Shown one piece after another: positions 30,155 through 32,518 of a stretch of DNA of 32,518 bases. A program made the translations under genes and the position numbers. Within the stretch, counting starts at the first letter, position 1; each line of letters begins with the position of its first letter. This DNA is from an uncultured Dehalococcoidaceae bacterium. Its GTDB lineage: Bacteria > Chloroflexota > Dehalococcoidia > UBA2979. The DNA lies in the NCBI GenBank assembly GCA_964439675.1, contig CAYTRA010000001.1:1-32518 (forward strand). Direction: 5' to 3'. Below the pieces are notes generated by a model. That model searched no databases and was not told the origin of the DNA. It saw nothing but the letters and a program-made list of their open reading frames with translations.

Positions 30155-31810
30155 ATGGCTGATCGAGTGCGCCAGGAGTCGGGCGACGCGGGCGCGCGTC
30201 GCAAAGCGGAGCAGGTGGTACGGGTAGAGCACCCGCACACCGCGGCTCCCGCGAGCCTCCGAGGCCCCCACCTGCCTATCAGTCACATCGCATCACGCGC
30301 CGGCAACGCCGCTGCCCGCCGCGCCCTCCGGGGCGCCTCGAAGCCCTCGCCTGCCGCGCCAGCCCTCGGCGCACCGATCCGCCGCGAGGACGACCCGCAG
30401 GCGGCCGCGCCGGCCGCCGAGGCGCAGCAAGGCCCGGAGGCCGCGGAGCAGGCAGCCGCGGATCCGGCCGCCGCCGCCCAGGCGGCCACCCAGGACGCTA
30501 TGACCGACCTCGCGAGCGCGCAGGCCGAAGGGGCCGCGGCCTTCGACCGCTACTTCACGCTCCAGGACCGGCTGGTCCAGGCAGCCACGCCGCCGATGAT
30601 CCCGGATGTCCCTGCGAAGATGCAGGCCCAGTACCAGCAGGCGCACGCGTCATACGCCGCATTCGCCGCCAATGCGATCGTGGGCAAGGACCAGTTGGGA
30701 GCGAAGGTCGCGGCCCTCAAGGCCGAGTACGACCAGGCCGCTGCCAGTCGCGCAGCCGTGGCAACGACTGAGCAGGCCGATGCCTGGATCGCGCACGCCG
30801 CAGGAGTGCAGCAGGAGTACGCCGAAGGCGTCGATGCGCTGTCGGACCTGTACCGCGAGATCACGAAGGCGGCGCTGGAGTTCGCCGCCGTCGGCCGCAC
30901 GATCGACAGCCCCGAACTGATCCAGGCGCTGCTGCCCATCGCCGACGAGGCTGCGGTAGCCGCCTCGCAGCCCGGCGTGGCCCCCATGAACGTCGCCGCC
31001 GTGGTGACCCGGGCGCAGAAGCGCGACCAGGCCGCCAAGGGATTCACCGTGGGGGACGCGGTCATCGGCGTCGCCGGGATCATCGCGGAGTCCGTCGGCA
31101 TTGGCGTGGCTACCACCGCTGCGGTTGTGGCCGGGACGGTGTTCGGCAGCATCGGCGTGGCGGTGGGGGTCATTGGCGCGGCCTTCGCCATCCGGGCGGC
31201 CATGCGCTCCGCGGACGCGGAGCGCAGCCTGGAGGGCGCGGAGCAGTACCTCACTGGCGTGACCGCCAAGGAAGTCGCGAAGTTCGGCCGCAACCAGAAG
31301 ATGAAGAAGAAGCACCGCCAGATCGGGGTTGCTGTCCTCGGCACCGTCGCCGCTGCGGTCGGCCTCGCCGGGGTGCTCAGCGGCGGGCTGGGCCTCGCCA
31401 TCGCCGGCATCGTCATCGGGGTGGCCAGCCTGGGGCTGATCATCGCCAAGCACCTCGCGGCCCGGCAAGTGAAGGCCGCGGACGACTCCGCCGCCTCCGA
31501 GCTGGCCGCCGCCTACGTCGCCGCCGCCGCTCGAGGCGAACCGGAAGCGACGAAGATCGTGCACCAGGACCACCAGGGCGATCCGGACAAGCTCAAGGCA
31601 TGGGCCGCCTCCATCATCGAGACGCGGCGGCGCAGCAGCGCGGAGCAGGTGGTGGCCATGGCCAGCAGCGACAAGCCGTCCGACCGCTTCAACGGCGAGA
31701 CGCTGCTCCAGGCCCTGCACGTCAAGATGGACGACTTCCAGGCGGCCCTGGATGCCGGCGATCAGAACGCCGCGGTCGCCCTCGTGGAGCGCAAACTGCA
31801 GTCCTGGTAG
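30155..31810 (+). CDS. Hypothetical Ala-rich protein with two glycine-zipper-like TM hairpins (551 aa from ATG 30155)
   Basis: Track ORF 29948-31810, but the upstream part overlaps the divergent promoter region and is Arg-rich. Start candidates are ATG 30155 or GTG 30215 (GGAG 4 nt upstream). Third-position GC is high throughout. Hydrophobic hairpins lie at about 31043-31193 (GDAVIGVAGIIAESVGIGVATTAAVVAGTVFGSIGVAVGVIGAAFAI) and about 31322-31447 (IGVAVLGTVAAAVGLAGVLSGGLGLAIAGIVIGVASLGLIIA). Confidence 0.75.
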   Translation: MADRVRQESGDAGARRKAEQVVRVEHPHTAAPASLRGPHLPISHIASRAGNAAARRALRGASKPSPAAPALGAPIRREDDPQAAAPAAEAQQGPEAAEQAAADPAAAAQAATQDAMTDLASAQAEGAAAFDRYFTLQDRLVQAATPPMIPDVPAKMQAQYQQAHASYAAFAANAIVGKDQLGAKVAALKAEYDQAAASRAAVATTEQADAWIAHAAGVQQEYAEGVDALSDLYREITKAALEFAAVGRTIDSPELIQALLPIADEAAVAASQPGVAPMNVAAVVTRAQKRDQAAKGFTVGDAVIGVAGIIAESVGIGVATTAAVVAGTVFGSIGVAVGVIGAAFAIRAAMRSADAERSLEGAEQYLTGVTAKEVAKFGRNQKMKKKHRQIGVAVLGTVAAAVGLAGVLSGGLGLAIAGIVIGVASLGLIIAKHLAARQVKAADDSAASELAAAYVAAAARGEPEATKIVHQDHQGDPDKLKAWAASIIETRRRSSAEQVVAMASSDKPSDRFNGETLLQALHVKMDDFQAALDAGDQNAAVALVERKLQSW

Positions 31811-32010
31811 CCCACCTCCGAGGGCGCCTCCACGCGGGTCTGCCACCCCGGTCCGCCCTCGCGGCGACTTTTGTCGCTGATCACACCGGCGCCTCGGTGA
31901 ATGTTGATGCGGGAGGCGAAGCCCCCGAAAGGCCCCTACCGCCGGCCTGCCGTTGCGTTGCCGCACTCATCCAGGAGCGCGCGTCGCCTCGGCGCTTGTT
32001 CGCATCGCGG

Positions 32011-32518
32011 ATGAGGAGGCGGCGCGTGGCACAACTGACGCGGGTAGCGGTCCCTGAGTCGATGTCCGGGCTGTGGTCGTGGATGACGACGGTCGACCAC
32101 AAGCGCATCGGCCTCATGTACGGAGTGACCGCGCTGACGTTCTTCCTCCTCGGCGGCGTAGAAGCCCTCCTGGTCCGGACGCAACTGGCGGTGCCGAACG
32201 GCTCGGTGCTGGACGCGGACCTCTACAACCAGCTGTTCACCACGCACGCGCTGACCATGATCTTCCTGGCGATCATGCCGCTCACCGTCGCGCTCATGAA
32301 CTACCTGATCCCGCTGCACATCGGCGCGCGCGACGTGGCGTTCCCCCGGCTGAACGCCCTCTCCTACTGGATCTACCTGTCCGGTGGCGTGCTGATGACG
32401 GCCTCGTTCTTCCTCGATGGCGCGCCGGACGGTGGGTGGTTCAACTACGCGCCGCTGAGCGTCCCGGAGTATTCGCCCACCTCGCGCATCGACTACTACG
32501 TGATCGCCCTGCTGATCC
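32011..32518 (+). CDS. ctaD: Second cytochrome c oxidase subunit I paralog, 5-prime part (runs off the window)
   Basis: Absent from the ORF track because it is open-ended. The translation is MRRRRVAQLTRVAVPESMSGLWSWMTTVDHKRIGLMYGVTALTFFLLGGVEALLVRTQLAVPNG...FPRLNALSYWIYL...GGWFNYAPLS, which carries typical subunit I N-terminal signatures. The start could be ATG 32011 or the in-frame ATG 32062. Confidence 0.88.
   Translation, partial: MRRRRVAQLTRVAVPESMSGLWSWMTTVDHKRIGLMYGVTALTFFLLGGVEALLVRTQLAVPNGSVLDADLYNQLFTTHALTMIFLAIMPLTVALMNYLIPLHIGARDVAFPRLNALSYWIYLSGGVLMTASFFLDGAPDGGWFNYAPLSVPEYSPTSRIDYYVIALLI

Noticed and set aside
30650-31966. A 438-aa ORF antisense to the orphan gene, and a 299-aa ORF at 30550-31449.
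   Set aside because: These are antisense or alternative frames of a high-GC3 gene. The sense frame has coherent TM hairpins and helical regions, and these frames do not.
1-32518. A search by eye for tRNA, rRNA, CRISPR arrays, transposases, integrases, phage genes, toxin-antitoxin pairs and known defence-system genes.
   Set aside because: None was recognised. All long ORFs are accounted for by the genes listed, and the intergenic regions (1034-1451, 10062-10148, 15193-15631, 21890-21961, 29907-30154, 31811-32010) contain only short palindromes and hairpins. A covariance-model scan (tRNAscan, Infernal) would be needed to exclude small structured RNAs.

Overview
This is a GC-rich window (about two-thirds G+C or more by eye, not computed) from a monoderm-type bacterium, either Chloroflexota/Thermomicrobia-like or Actinomycetota-like; I cannot tell which from sequence alone. 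I can support 13 protein-coding genes and find no rRNA, tRNA, CRISPR array, transposase or integrase.

Gene content, in order:
1. The 5-prime part of a LuxR-type helical-repeat regulator on the minus strand, running off the window edge.
2. A 2869-aa secreted surface protein built from DUF11 and isopeptide-adhesin-like repeats.
3. A minus-strand SOS mutagenesis cassette behind a perfect GAAC-N4-GTTC box: imuB, a 116-aa ORF and dnaE2.
4. A 2085-aa secreted mosaic protein with beta-helix, InlB-B-repeat-like and Ig-like modules.
5. A seven-gene minus-strand operon. It joins a two-subunit GMC/gluconate-2-dehydrogenase-type flavoenzyme to a caa3-architecture cytochrome oxidase (subunit II fused to cytochrome c, subunits I and III fused), a small 3-TM protein, CtaG and a lipoprotein cytochrome c.
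6. An orphan 551-aa Ala-rich protein with two glycine-zipper-like TM hairpins.
7. The start of a second, unpartnered oxidase subunit I gene.

The leads I consider most worth following:
- The mutasome cassette lacks imuA, and the ImuB C-terminal module appears to be encoded as a separate overlapped ORF.
- LexA-type palindromes are also associated with both giant surface-protein genes.
- The dehydrogenase-oxidase operon has no dedicated cytochrome subunit for the dehydrogenase.
- The orphan membrane protein is effector-like.

All homology statements are recognition by eye or from memory. None has been checked by a database search.
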